A stretch of DNA of 63,514 bases, filler included, from Phoronis australis (taxonomy: Eukaryota; Animalia; Phoronida): the NCBI GenBank assembly GCA_002633005.1. It is 10 parts of 10 records of this genome, joined end to end, with 100 filler letters (N's around TTAATTAATTAA, not from the genome) between each part and the next. Parts side by side here need not be neighbours in the genome. Positions count along the whole stretch, not along the records: positions 12,416 to 16,936 come from NMRA01002566.1; positions 17,037 to 20,739 come from NMRA01002884.1; positions 20,840 to 28,836 come from NMRA01000244.1; 7 more parts are not named here. The stretch is one strand, 5' to 3'. Below are positions 13,368 through 24,749 of this stretch, one piece after another. The stretch's first letter is position 1. Every line of letters begins with the position of its first letter. The notes beneath the pieces are model-generated. The model searched no databases. It worked only from the letters and a program-made list of their open reading frames with translations, and was not told the DNA's origin. A program made the translations under genes and the position numbers.

Positions 13368-15155
13368 CCTGTGTTTAATTTGCAAATATATTATTGTTTG
13401 TAAATATTAGTGTATTTAGAAATAAAATGTATTAGAATTTTAAAAAGGCACAGTCAAAGAGGACACAGGATAAACAAGACATTTGACGATCACTTTCAAT
13501 TCGAAATTTGAAAATGCCTTTATCGTATTATGCTAGTAAACATACAAAAATGCAACCTATGCTATTTTGTTTTGTTTGTTGGTCGATTTTATGGCATTTA
13601 CCACGAACTACTTTTTGTGAGATCTCTCGCTGCCATATACATGTAGCTTAGCTACTCATAGACATTTACTGCTAGACTCCCTTGTTACGTGTACATTAAC
13701 ACTCCTTTAATCGTCTGCACGAGCACGCTAACACTACACGAGCAAAGTTGGCCGGATACGGCCCGATGATTACGTGAAGCACTTTAAATCAGAAACAAAT
13801 TCAAAATTATTACTAGCTTACATATTGTAGTAATAAACTTGTTATTGTTGTCGTTGTCCATCTATATCCTATCTTTAACAGATAAGCTGCAGATGGACGT
13901 TTTTTCGCGAACCCCCCCGGCTGGCTACGGGCCTGCAACGTAATCAGCTTTCGAGGGTTTCAAAGAGTTGACCACTGTATTCATCAAAACAAACGTACAT
14001 GTAGCCTGTGACACTAAACTGGTTTGATTTAAAACCCCATGTTTCACTCACTGCTACTACATGCAGGTATCTTGTATCGGATTGTTAGGTATCTGCCCTG
14101 TAGCCTGTGCGCTTTCTTGGAAACTCGCGTGTGCGATACTTTCGTTGTCTTTGGGTCTTTAAGCATCGTTACACAAGTTCCTGAGTTTACGTTGGCCGTG
14201 CATTGAGTGACATTTTGATAGCTGTCGAGTAATGACACTTGTTAACATCATGTACTGCTATGCCCACTCCTATGGAGATTACGTGGTTTCATGTCCATCA
14301 GAAGTTTAACAAAGTATGCCAGTAACTTACAGTAAGACTAAAAATTTAAGGAAGTTGAAGACCGAAGACGAAAACTCAGGAAAGACGGCTTCGTGAGCAA
14401 AGTCGTTTTTGGTATTAAGGTTAACCTAGGCAGAAATAAAATCGGTTTTTGACATAAGCTATCATACATGTACACATACGGTATACACCTTTNGTACAAA
14501 GTGATTGACACCGGGTAAGGTGATACAGAGACGACGTTCCCACGGAGAGGGTGGTTGAGATTTTCAAAATAAATAGTTCTTTACGAGTTTTGTGAGATTA
14601 GACAAGTCTCCGCGTGATCTCATTAGGTGTTGGCAGTACAGAGCGCATTTCTTTGTTTGAAAATGATCACTTGCAGATAGCAAACACTTCCCAGTCGTGT
14701 CTATAATTATACGTGTCCAGTTTCATAACGAAAAGACGTGTAAATCGGTTTTCGCCATGGCTTTAGTCGCTGTCAATTTTTTAAATTCTTAGTCGAAGTG
14801 CTTTAGAATTTTATAGCATAACTGCTCTTAGCCTAGCATTATTTCTGCTGAATGAGCCAGTAACTCATGTCAAAGCAGCGCATACATGTACAGTACATGG
14901 GCACCTTTTCGAATTTGTGATTATCATGTTGGTCACACCCAATTAACTCTTGAAGCGTTTCATCGATTACTTTTCTAGTTTCGATATTTAAGTAGTTTGG
15001 CCCTTGTAAGGAACTGGGGAGCGATTTCGTGAATTTTAACCGGTTTGAATTCCCTTTTGTGGCTGTTAAAGACTGAGGAAAGCAGTTTTAAATAATAAAT
15101 TCGTCGATTTCATGTTTAGGCTGTGAGTAGAATTACACGTTTAGTTCCATTGCAG

Positions 15156-15384
15156 CTCGCATGGTAGAAACTCCTTTCGGTTGACGGTCCCCGACTCCAT
15201 CACTGCATGGGATGTACAAGTGTTTGGTATCAACCAGGACTCCGGTTTTTGTGTGGCTGAAACGACTACTGTCAAGGTTTACAAAAGCATTTTCATAGAA
15301 ACATCCTTACCTCACTCAATTATAGAACAAGAACAAGTCGAAGTCAAAGCAACGATATTCAACTTTGAAGAAGACGATTTACCG
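15156..15384 (+). CDS. C3: Complement C3-like thioester protein, internal exon (MG6-MG7 region)
   Basis: Acceptor cattgcag, donor gtgagt. Translates LTVPDSITAW...GFCVAE...IFIETSLPHSIIEQEQVEVKATIFNF. PDSIT.W marks the A2M/TEP family; EQVE.KA is C3/C4/C5-like. Confidence 0.85.
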
Positions 15385-16240
15385 GTGAGTTTGCCGATGA
15401 CGTTTCTATGCCACTCACTAAACATAGATGTAGAAACAAGTAATCATTAAGGCGTGGTTGTGAAGCTTTCGTAGAGACTGGTGTATGCAAAAGCAATCGC
15501 GAAAAAAGAAACAGCAAAAACTGAAAAGATAGAAAACATTTAGGGGACCCATCTGGGACCTTTTTGGTTGGAGGGTCCATTTTCTTAAAAACCATCAGAG
15601 TATCGGATACTCATATTTCAACAGGAAATTTTCTGACGGCTCCTAACTAAGGCAGTGTAGTGGGGACAGCCTGGACTGTACCCTGTATGTTCGCCACGTG
15701 GCCCTAACGAAGTAGACCTCCCTGACGAATTTACAACCGAAGCTTCCATGCCAATGTTCCATCGCCACCTGCATTACAAAGTAATGCCGTTTACTTTGAA
15801 TTTTGCTGTCCACCCATAGAAGAGATTTCTCTAATATACTTTTAATCCCCACAATCGTGAAACCTGTTCGGTGTACAAATGACTCTTTAGCGCGAAATTT
15901 CTTTGAAAGGTACCCAAATTTCTGATGGCTGTATCCCCGAGGGTTAAACTCCAGTCCATCTCTACTGAGGGTTGGAAAGTGGCCGCGGCCAGAGAGTGGA
16001 GGGGGGCATAAGTTCAGTGTAGTCAAATAATGTTGTGCACGAACCCAATATCGTTTAATTTAGCTTGTGTCTAGTGAAAACAATGATTTCGATGATGACG
16101 ATGACGACGGTTATGGTGGTGCTGATAGTAAAGGCAATTTTGAAAATTACGAGTCTTTTAGAAGAGGCACGAAAATCCCTACTTTGTAACTTTAGTGTCC
16201 ATAGATCAATAATTTTTGAATGATTTCTTTATTTCATCAG

Positions 16241-16450
16241 GTAGACGTATACGTCAAAGTTGGTTCTGACGTGTTGGCAAAATTTGAATCTCGGAAAGAA
16301 TGCAAGGTGTTTCAAGGCACAATTAAGAAACAGAAATCTGTGACTGTGACCTTTCCTATTGTCCCGCGTAGTGTCGGTATACACACTGTTATAGTGACCG
16401 CTACATCCTCTAAAAACTCTGACAGGATACTGAAAAAGCTCAACGTTACA
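16241..16450 (+). CDS. C3: Complement C3-like thioester protein, next exon (MG7)
   Basis: Acceptor ttcatcag, donor gtaagt, phase 0-0, 70 codons. SVTVTFPIVP..VG...V.V.A....SDRILKKLNV fits C3-family MG7. Confidence 0.85.
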
Positions 16451-16936
16451 GTAAGTTGATGACAGCATATTTTCACTACTGTTGAAATACTGTGGATTTT
16501 CAAACTCTGCTGGCTAAACCTTATTTCATACATTATGTTGGTATTTTCCACCGATTTGCATGTGTATTGGGGATTATTGATAAGTATAATAGACTTCTCG
16601 CTCGTTTTTAAATTCTGAAACGAATAGTCAAATATTCACTGAAGTCAACGCCCGTGGCATACGCTTAAAATACTCTGTCACGTGGTTTGGCTCGTGGAGA
16701 AGAGCTGTGGAGTTAGAACTCGAGTTTTGCAGGGTTCCGTTTTGCGCTGAAGATTATCTCAGATAATCGGGTTTCTTGCTTTTTGTTACCCTTGTGGCAT
16801 TGTACGTGGGAGAGGTTGGTTATTTTAATTGTGCGTCAGCTTAACTGTCACTCGGTCACATATATGTATGACGTCTTTCAGATACTTTGTAAGTAAAAAC
16901 ACTAATGCTGGTGTAATTTTCAGGTAAGGCCTGCTT

Positions 16937-17036
16937 NNNNNNNNNNNNNNNNNNNNNNNNNNNNNNNNNNNNNNNNNNNNTTAATTAATTAANNNNNNNN
17001 NNNNNNNNNNNNNNNNNNNNNNNNNNNNNNNNNNNN
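16937..17036. other. Artificial contig-joining linker
   Basis: 44 N + TTAATTAATTAA + 44 N. Confidence 0.97.
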
Positions 17037-19419
17037 CACCACAAACGGTGTGCTTCTAGGGGGGTTTAATTGTCTCATAAAAATGGCCACTCGATTGCTC
17101 AGAATAGATTGAACATATTTAAAAATAGGAAGGTGTCGTCTCTCAAAGTTATTTGCCAAATTTTATGGAAATCTGTCAAAAAACATAGGAAAAACGTAAA
17201 AAAAATCTGTCATTTAGAACCACAGCAGTAGTCAAATCCATCCATCTGCTGTCAAGTTGATAGGAATACAATAAAAATTGCAAAATTTCAAAAACATCTT
17301 GCAAGGAGTTTAGGAGATACAGTTGTAGGTGCGAAAAATGGGGGCACCACCATGGTTGGACCCATTTGAAAATCCATAACAACCATGCTCTTGTCAGTAA
17401 GAACACATCTGCTAATTTTCATAAAAGATCATCTATGCAGTTTGGCTGATACAGAAACAACAATAAAAACAGACTATAAAATAATTAAAATGGCCACTAG
17501 TTGGGGCAGAATACGTCGAATCCATCACAAAAAGGAAAGATGTTGTCATTTTCATAAATACCCAATTTCATGAAAAAGCAATAAGGAACATAAAAATAAA
17601 ACTGCCATTAGGGAGTACAGCTGTAGTTGGATTGGTCTGAAACTCACCGTCATCTGTATGGGTAAAGGAGATACAGCCGTGGATGTAAGAAAATAAAATT
17701 GCAACTAGGGGGGCCAGAGTAGTTGAACAAACTCGAAAACCGGTTTTCTCATCAGGAACACATCTCCTAATTCTAATGATGATCTTTCAAGTGGATTGGT
17801 GAAAAAAGAGGGTGATGTCAAAAATGCACTCAAAACTTTTTAAAATGACCACTGAATGACACAGAATACGTCAAAACCGCACGAAAATGAGAAGACGTCA
17901 TCGTCTCCTTAATAGAAACCAATTTTCAAAACTTCATGATAATAAAAACAGCCACTACATGTTAAATCTATCTGAAAACGGGACCATGTCGACTCTTTAA
18001 TAGAAACCTATTTATTTCATAAAAACCTGCCATGGAGATTCAAAGATACAGAGGACAACGAAAAAAACATTGTCACTACGGGCACAGCGGTAGTCGAATC
18101 CATCCAAAAAAAACTGCCACTAGGCGACACCACACTACTCTGAGTCGTTCAAAAATCACCGTCAGTAGTCCTCTACAAAGTAGAAGCATAAATGCCATTT
18201 TAAAAATCATTCTTGGAGTGGTTTGGTTGAAAGAAGGGACCAGAAAGACTAGTGAAACAGTAAAAATGGCCACTAGATAGCACAAAATACGTCGAGTCTA
18301 TCTGAAAACGAGAACATGTCATTGATTCTCTAATAGAAAGCTATTTGCCAAATTCATAAAAATCAGTCAAAAAAATCAAATTGCCACTAGGGGGCATAAC
18401 GTTCGTCGGATCCGTTGGAAAGTTGTCATTGTGAACTTCATACGAATACACTTGCTAAATTTAATGAAGATCTTGCAGAGGGTTTAGGAGAAACTGCCAT
18501 GCAGGCAAAAAAAAACATAACTGCCACTAGGAAGCACCACAGTACGCGAAGTCGTCGGAAAATCATCGTCAGTCATCCTCTTCATAGTAGGAATATACAT
18601 AGGCCAATTTTTAGAGTGGTGACAGAGGGCAAAGGCCAAAAAACATACTAAAAACCTGTAAAAATGGCCACTAGGTGGTGCAAAATACCTCATATCTATC
18701 TGAAAACAAGATAGCGTCACCTCCCTAATAGAAGCCTGTAATCCAAATTTTATGAAAATCCAGAGGACCTGTGAAAATAGAGGTAAACATAAAAAACTAA
18801 AATTGCCACTAGGGGGGGCACACCAGTAGTCGGATCCGTACGAAAGTCGTCAAAGTCCACTTTATATAACTACACTTGCTAAATTTAATAACGATCCTGT
18901 AGAGGGTTTAGGAGAAACAGCCATGGGCGCAAAAAAACTGCCACAAGGAGGCACCACAGTAGTCTAGGTCATCAGAAAATCATCAGCCATCCTCTTCACA
19001 GTAAGAACATATCTGCCTATTTTCACAATCATCCTTGGAGTGGTTTGGTTGATACAAGGGTGGACACCAAAAACAGACTTCGAAACAGTAAAAATAGCCA
19101 CCATGTGGCTCAAAATACCTCGCATCCATCCAAAAATAGGAGGAAAGCGTCATCTTACTTACAGATGCCTATTTTATGAAAATCCATTGAGGACCTTTGG
19201 AGATACAGAAGTAAACGTAAAAACTAAAATTGCCACTAGGGGACACACCAGTAATCGGATCCGTCCAAAAGTTCGCTCATGTCTTCCCATCCGTTAAAGG
19301 AACACATGTGCCAAATTTCATGAACATACATCAAAGGGTTTTGGAGATAGAGCAGCGGACGATGAACGGACAGGGATGACGGCATAATGCGCCCACTTGC
19401 AATCTGTGGGCACATAAAA
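17037..19419 (-). mobile_element. Helentron-associated (HINE/DINE-1-like) element, family B, with degenerate ~400-450 bp tandem array
   Basis: Recurring GCCACTAG-core subunits. Terminal ATGCGCCCAC...GTGGGCACATAAAA inverted repeat preceded by a GGAC-type microsatellite. Homologous to 47005-48519; the other end is cut by the contig edge. Confidence 0.75.
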
Positions 19420-19570
19420 CTACCAACATTTCGTAACTTTCAGCTCTATCAGTGTTTGCCTTATTTTACTATTGTTTATTGAGCCAATTTTGGACATTCT
19501 CCTGAAGCCCTACATAACCTTAAGTTTAACTATTGCCATCAGGAGATAAGCGTTAACATCTAACACTTAC

Positions 19571-19703
19571 TATCGACCACGGCCACCTCAGGCTTGATAG
19601 AGGCTGCTTTCAACACAGGGCCCATCACCAGGGGAAGGTACTGCATAAAACCCTTGCCCATAATCTTGCACATTCGTGCCCAAGCCGAGATCATATATGA
19701 CAT
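19571..19703 (-). CDS. IPO5: Importin-5 (karyopherin beta-3), internal exon
   Basis: Acceptor tctccag, donor gtaagt. [43 protein letters not shown] closely matches the IPO5 HEAT region. Confidence 0.95.
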
Positions 19704-20155
19704 CTGGAGAGATAAAGAGGAGACAACTAATAACACCAAATGAAATAAAAAAAAGAAAAATGGCTGCCACAGCGCCATCTTGCATCAGGCATGTTTTTGT
19801 GTGAAATGAAGGGAATGTGGTGTGAACTTGACGAGTGTCCTCAAAGAAATTATTATTTTGACTGGTTTTGAATAGTTTGTAATTGAGACAAGACAAGTTT
19901 TCACTACTTTTTAAAAAGGTTTGAACTTTTCCGCAGTCACTGGCATTTCATATGTTTATGGAGACGCTGGTTAAATTTTGTCCACAGGACTATGGGAATT
20001 TTTGTACCCGAATCAAATACATTGATTTGTTTCGATATATAACATACAGTAAATTTGGCATACTATCAATTTCAACTATCTTATTTGGCAAACCCATGTC
20101 CGGAAATTTTGAAATCAATGTCCATGTATTTGACCCGTGGTCACTAATTACTCAC

Positions 20156-20357
20156 CTGGGGATCATCTTCAGCCATGTCCCCCTCCTCCACCTGTGTCTT
20201 GAGCAGTAGCTGCATTACATCACTACAGTCAGCCATGAACTTCTCCTGCCCCACAGCCAGCCCAATCAGACTGATGCACTCGATAGTCTTGCCACGCAGC
20301 AGCTTCAGTTCTTGGCTGGTGGCATTTGCCATAATAAGCTTAAGGTTGGGCATGAAC
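20156..20357 (-). CDS. IPO5: Importin-5, preceding internal exon
   Basis: Acceptor cccttcag, donor gtgagt. [55 protein letters not shown]...DDPQ; phase 0 junction with the next exon. Confidence 0.95.
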
Positions 20358-20400
20358 CTGAAGGGAGTGAAAAAGATATGACGACACAAACCATATAATA

Positions 20401-20678
20401 CAGGGCCCTGGTTCACCTGAGGGCAAAGGCGCCTGTACCTTCTGAAGGGTGAATTTTTGGTTGAGGGGAAAATTTCCTCTTCCCAAATCATCACCAATTC
20501 CAACCCCCAGGATTCCCTCATGAACTTATTTTTGCAGAAGTGATTCCAACTTAGAATGAATTTTTTAATCATTGGAGGGGAATTTTGGGGTCTGATGAGG
20601 GGAATTTCGCGTGATCTTCTAATACTTTTCACGGGGAACGAGGCTTTCAGCCCAAAAATCGCGTGATTGAGGGGCCAG
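20401..20678. mobile_element. hAT-like MITE in IPO5 intron
   Basis: Imperfect TIRs CAGGGCCCTGGTTCAC and revcomp CTGGCCCCTCAATCAC; TAATA on both flanks (20396-20400, 20679-20683). Confidence 0.6.
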
Positions 20679-20739
20679 TAATATCAAACCAGCTTTAGAA
20701 TATTTGTTCCCTCACTCGTCTGAAATGGATGGGTACAAT

Positions 20740-20839
20740 NNNNNNNNNNNNNNNNNNNNNNNNNNNNNNNNNNNNNNNNNNNNTTAATTAATTAANNNNN
20801 NNNNNNNNNNNNNNNNNNNNNNNNNNNNNNNNNNNNNNN
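20740..20839. other. Artificial contig-joining linker
   Basis: 44 N + TTAATTAATTAA + 44 N. Confidence 0.97.
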
Positions 20840-21275
20840 TGCCTCTAGTGGCAATTTTAGTATTTGCCTCTAGTGGCAATTTTAGTATTTTACATTGACC
20901 TCTGTATTTTCATAGGTCTTCAGGTGTATACTTTGTGTTACTTCGTGACTATGAAGGAAAAGTTCCAAGTAGAAATTTATTTCTGGCATTCTAATGCTGT
21001 GTTAATCTCGTATGTTGGTAAATTTGTTTTTAATTCTATGTTTCTGTGGTGCTTTAAGCAACTGGTGTATAGGATGTGCTTGTATTATGAAGATTACTCA
21101 CATTTTGCCCCTAGCCTATTGAGGAGACAATGACCATGCCTTTCCATTTTGCTAAGTACAACATACTACATATATGCCCTCTGCTGGCCACTTTATGGTA
21201 CCAATAAACAACCCTAGAAGGATACCGTATGCGGTGCAATTGTGGGCGCATTTCAACGCTCTGCGTTGCTCTTGT
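20840..21275 (+). mobile_element. HINE family B, 3' end fragment
   Basis: CTAGTGGCAATT cores. Ends GTGGGCGCATT + hairpin CAACGC-TCT-GCGTTG + CTCTTGT, the reverse complement of 47005-47039. Confidence 0.75.
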
Positions 21276-21549
21276 ATTGAAAATTGTAATCTCAGATACC
21301 AGGAGAAATTGGGAGTGTTTCTTGTGAATTTCATTAGAACCACATAAGGCGTATGTGAAAGTCTAAGTTTCGCTTAACTGTACAAAGTTCTGCAGTAGGG
21401 TTGTTCTAGTTTGTGCTCTCCGTCCTTCATACAACTCGTATTTTGCCTTACAAAGTCCTTGGTCTGGTTGTATCCGATGTATGCCTGAGCTCTTAGCTGT
21501 AGTGCTAGTCACTGCTGCGCGCTACACACCACATCTCATCTTATTGTAG

Positions 21550-21682
21550 TGCCATGGTGGCAGATGCAACGCGTAACTGGGCGACTATGGATAAGGGGCA
21601 GAAGGAAGTCCTCAAGAGAAGGTGGCTAGAGATGTGTCGTAGTTGGCTGGTGACACATCCCAGTGACCCACGCGCTCCACAG
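21550..21682 (+). CDS. Exon of putative chromatin protein (HMG-box-like helices)
   Basis: Acceptor attgtag, donor gtaact (phase 0). ATRNWATMDKGQKEVLKRRW resembles HMG helix 2-3 (W..L...EK..Y). In frame with exon 22182-24749. Confidence 0.65.
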
Positions 21683-22181
21683 GTAACTTCCTTAGAAGTA
21701 GGGACCGAAAATCCGGTGGGTCAGGGGTTAGCAACTGCTGTTTTCCACAAATGTGAAATTTTTATTAGTTGATGATCAAATTTGTCTCGAGATTATTAAT
21801 AAGTTTAAGCATTCACTTAAATTTAGTCAAAAAGTTGGTCCCATTGTTTCCATGACGAATAGTGATGAAGTCACACCCCTACCAACCGCTTCAAATTGGA
21901 GACGGACAATATGGTAGTGGCCTATTTCTGTGTAACACCATATTTGTTTAAACCAAAAATATTCATTAAAACCAACTTTTTATTATCTGAAGCTCATGTC
22001 ACAGGTTCTGTGAACAATACAACATTTGACCCAAAATAATTCCCCTTAGAAAAATGTCAAGGGATAGTAAGTACCATGGTGGCAGAATTTCCTAGACTAT
22101 CCCAGGAAGGTAACGGTACACCTATGCTCTGGTATGTCTCAGTGGCGGCCATAACTTGGTATATATTCCACATCATTTCAG

Positions 22182-24749
22182 ATACAGTCTGCTGTGCTGG
22201 TCGAAGCACCATCAGATCAGTCCAGCTATGCAGCGCATGGGAAGGGAGTTAATCCCGGCAATAGCGCACCAGCAGGTGTCTCTAGCGACCGCCAAGTGCT
22301 CGATTTCTTGGATGATGTTCCTCTAGCCACACTGTCCAACATGATCGTCCCAAAGTCCTCCAGTCAGATAGACAGTGCCGATGACACCAGTGAGGGCAAA
22401 CCGCCATCTGACCTAACTAAAGGTCAGCCCCCAGTTGAGACTGGTGACAGTGTCAAGCCATCAACCATTCCCACCAGGCAAGGACTGTTTGACATACTCA
22501 AGCCCATCTCAGATGTGACTGGTGACAACACTGGTCCTGCTAAAGAGCAGAGTGTGAAGATATCCGAGGCTGGGTTTGTTGAACAGCTCAAGACTGTCGT
22601 CAACAAAACCATGATGAACAATGCCAGTAGCGGGAAAAATAGCTCAGCTCAGCTGGAGACGCATTCCAATCAACTTGTGACAAACGGTGTCAGCAAGGTA
22701 AACCAGTCATCTAGTTCTGCACACCTTGAAGGTAACCACTCAAAGGTCAGTGGTGCAGAGGCTCCTCCACGTAGGAAGCGGGGCAGACCCCCAAAACCTA
22801 AAGATCCATCACAGTTAGTGGCCAAAGTGCGCAGGTCAAGGAGTAAAGTGCCTGAGAAAAAGCGCAGGATATCTAATAAACAGGTGCCACTGTCTGTGTC
22901 CAATGGAAATACTCCGAATGTTCAGGCCACTAACGGGTCCAGTACGCCACCTGGAGGTCATCAACAAACTAGCAGTGATACTAGTCTCGCTGTTAAGAAT
23001 AAGGTAGTGAACAGTAAAGTCATTGGTAATGATGGAAAGCACAGTATTAAGAAGCGGTCGGTTCAAGGTGACATTCAAAAACGAAAAAGAAAAACTGATA
23101 ATGACGTAAAGCTCAGCGTTAGAAAATCGTCAGACAAGCGTGACAGTGAAAAACGGAAGAGAAAAATGTCTAAAACTGTGAAAAAGGTCGGTAGTACTTC
23201 CGAGTCGTGGAAAGCTAAAATTTTATCCCGACTATCCACTGATGATACTTTCAGTCAAAGTAAACGGAATACGATCTCTCAAGACAAACGCAGGACTCAA
23301 TCATTAGCAAGTGAAAACCTATCCCTAAGCGATGAATCTGGTGCTGCCCTCTGTGTACCATCTGGGAAGGAAGTGACTGAACCTTTGCCTGCGAGTACAG
23401 CTGGTGGGAACCCTGCCCCTATCAACAGACCCCCCGAGCGCAGATTGTATGGTAGTGGCGACAAACGTGCTCGAGAGAAGCAGTACTGTTTGACCAGGGA
23501 TAAGTATTTGCAGACAGTGAAGCCTGGCACTGAACCAATGGAGAGTCAGTCGAAACATGACAGCACCGACCCCATTAGGACTCTGTTTCAGTACGGCATG
23601 ACTAAAGGTAGACAATCTGACTCTGAGGTGCTCACGGTGAAGAAAGATAAGAGTGTCAATACGTACTCCAAGATTTCGTGTTCTGGCTGCTCTAAGCTGT
23701 TCTTCCCAGTCAAGTACAAAGAGCATGTGAATGAGTGCAAGGGTAGCCATTCATTTCCACCTAAAGATGGCACTGATGCTCACTCTTCCAAGAAATCAGT
23801 TGAAGTTCCAGTTCCTAAACTGACGTCAGAGTCTTGCAGAACTCGCCAGCCAGAGTGGCTGTTGAAGGCTGAAAAATCTTCTTCACCAGTTGTTTGTCTG
23901 GATGACAGTGAAGATGACATTCCTGTTGTCAGCTCACATTTCAGGGCAATCTCAGACTCTGATGATGACAGTAGTAACCATAAGGTGATCAAACACTGTA
24001 GTGTCCGCTTGGCAGATTTAGACAGTGAGACTGAAATTAACCAGAGTCCTCAAAAGTCTCGCAAGGCAAGTTCAAGTAGTGAGAAAAGTTTTGGGGAAAC
24101 GTCAAAGGAATTTCTTAAGCCAAGAGATGCTTATGAGTGTGCATTCCTAAGTTTCTGTCACAATACTTCAAAACCAAAGCCAGTTGAACAACCCTTGCCG
24201 AGGGGACGACGCAAATACAATCCTCTTCTGGAAGTGTCGAGGGGAAAAAGCGGCGCGTCTTTGGAAAGTGGTGGACAACAAACATTGGTTACTGAGGCAG
24301 ATGCAAGTGTGAAACAACTCTTCCAGGCTGGCCTCCGAGTAAGGGATGGAAGAAAAATAAGTCGGGTTGAAGCAGACGGTGTAAAAGCGAAGGTTGAAAA
24401 TGGTAATCTTGACCAGTCATCAAAAGCAGATAGACAATCTTATTACAGCGCCTTCATGGACTTCACAATTGCAACGGCCGAGCAACTGACCAGTGGCTCT
24501 TTGGAATGTGGGAAAAATACCAGTTTGATGAAAACAGCAGAGAAAGCAAGTCCAAGTAAGAAAATGTCGCAAGAGTCGAGAACTGCTCGAGAACTCAAAC
24601 GCCTGAGTGCCGCAGAAATATCCACTTTAACCAACTCTGTACAGACACGCAACAACCTGCGATGTAGTCGATGTGGCATTAAGTGTGCGAGTCCCCGTAC
24701 TCTGACGTCCCACAGAGCTCGTTGCTCCTCACGACGCGACGTCCACTAG
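22182..24749 (+). CDS. Large terminal exon of an AT-hook / C2HC zinc-finger nuclear protein
   Basis: Uninterrupted ~855-codon frame after acceptor catttcag. AT-hook RKRGRPPK, basic NLS-like clusters, CSGC-x9-H-x3-C and CSRC-x12-H-x3-C motifs, S/K-rich low complexity. Confidence 0.88.
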   Translation: MQSAVLVEAPSDQSSYAAHGKGVNPGNSAPAGVSSDRQVLDFLDDVPLATLSNMIVPKSSSQIDSADDTSEGKPPSDLTKGQPPVETGDSVKPSTIPTRQGLFDILKPISDVTGDNTGPAKEQSVKISEAGFVEQLKTVVNKTMMNNASSGKNSSAQLETHSNQLVTNGVSKVNQSSSSAHLEGNHSKVSGAEAPPRRKRGRPPKPKDPSQLVAKVRRSRSKVPEKKRRISNKQVPLSVSNGNTPNVQATNGSSTPPGGHQQTSSDTSLAVKNKVVNSKVIGNDGKHSIKKRSVQGDIQKRKRKTDNDVKLSVRKSSDKRDSEKRKRKMSKTVKKVGSTSESWKAKILSRLSTDDTFSQSKRNTISQDKRRTQSLASENLSLSDESGAALCVPSGKEVTEPLPASTAGGNPAPINRPPERRLYGSGDKRAREKQYCLTRDKYLQTVKPGTEPMESQSKHDSTDPIRTLFQYGMTKGRQSDSEVLTVKKDKSVNTYSKISCSGCSKLFFPVKYKEHVNECKGSHSFPPKDGTDAHSSKKSVEVPVPKLTSESCRTRQPEWLLKAEKSSSPVVCLDDSEDDIPVVSSHFRAISDSDDDSSNHKVIKHCSVRLADLDSETEINQSPQKSRKASSSSEKSFGETSKEFLKPRDAYECAFLSFCHNTSKPKPVEQPLPRGRRKYNPLLEVSRGKSGASLESGGQQTLVTEADASVKQLFQAGLRVRDGRKISRVEADGVKAKVENGNLDQSSKADRQSYYSAFMDFTIATAEQLTSGSLECGKNTSLMKTAEKASPSKKMSQESRTARELKRLSAAEISTLTNSVQTRNNLRCSRCGIKCASPRTLTSHRARCSSRRDVH

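Larger units (their letters stand above)
12416..13430 (+). mobile_element. Tx1/L1-clade LINE relic: ORF2 C-terminus and 3' UTR
   Basis: VVWNNKNILLNRRTVFF...VGITFVKDL and the zinc knuckle CASCGTVGTFNHMFVEC are typical of Tx1/L1 ORF2 ends. Broken by stops and frameshifts; followed by a GT-rich tail and AATAAA near 13420. Confidence 0.8.

Noticed and set aside
18032-19297. Short ORFs with KMATR/ATR repeats (also 46890-48536)
   Set aside because: They are translations of the GCCACTAG tandem array with frequent frameshifts and no Rep/helicase motifs.
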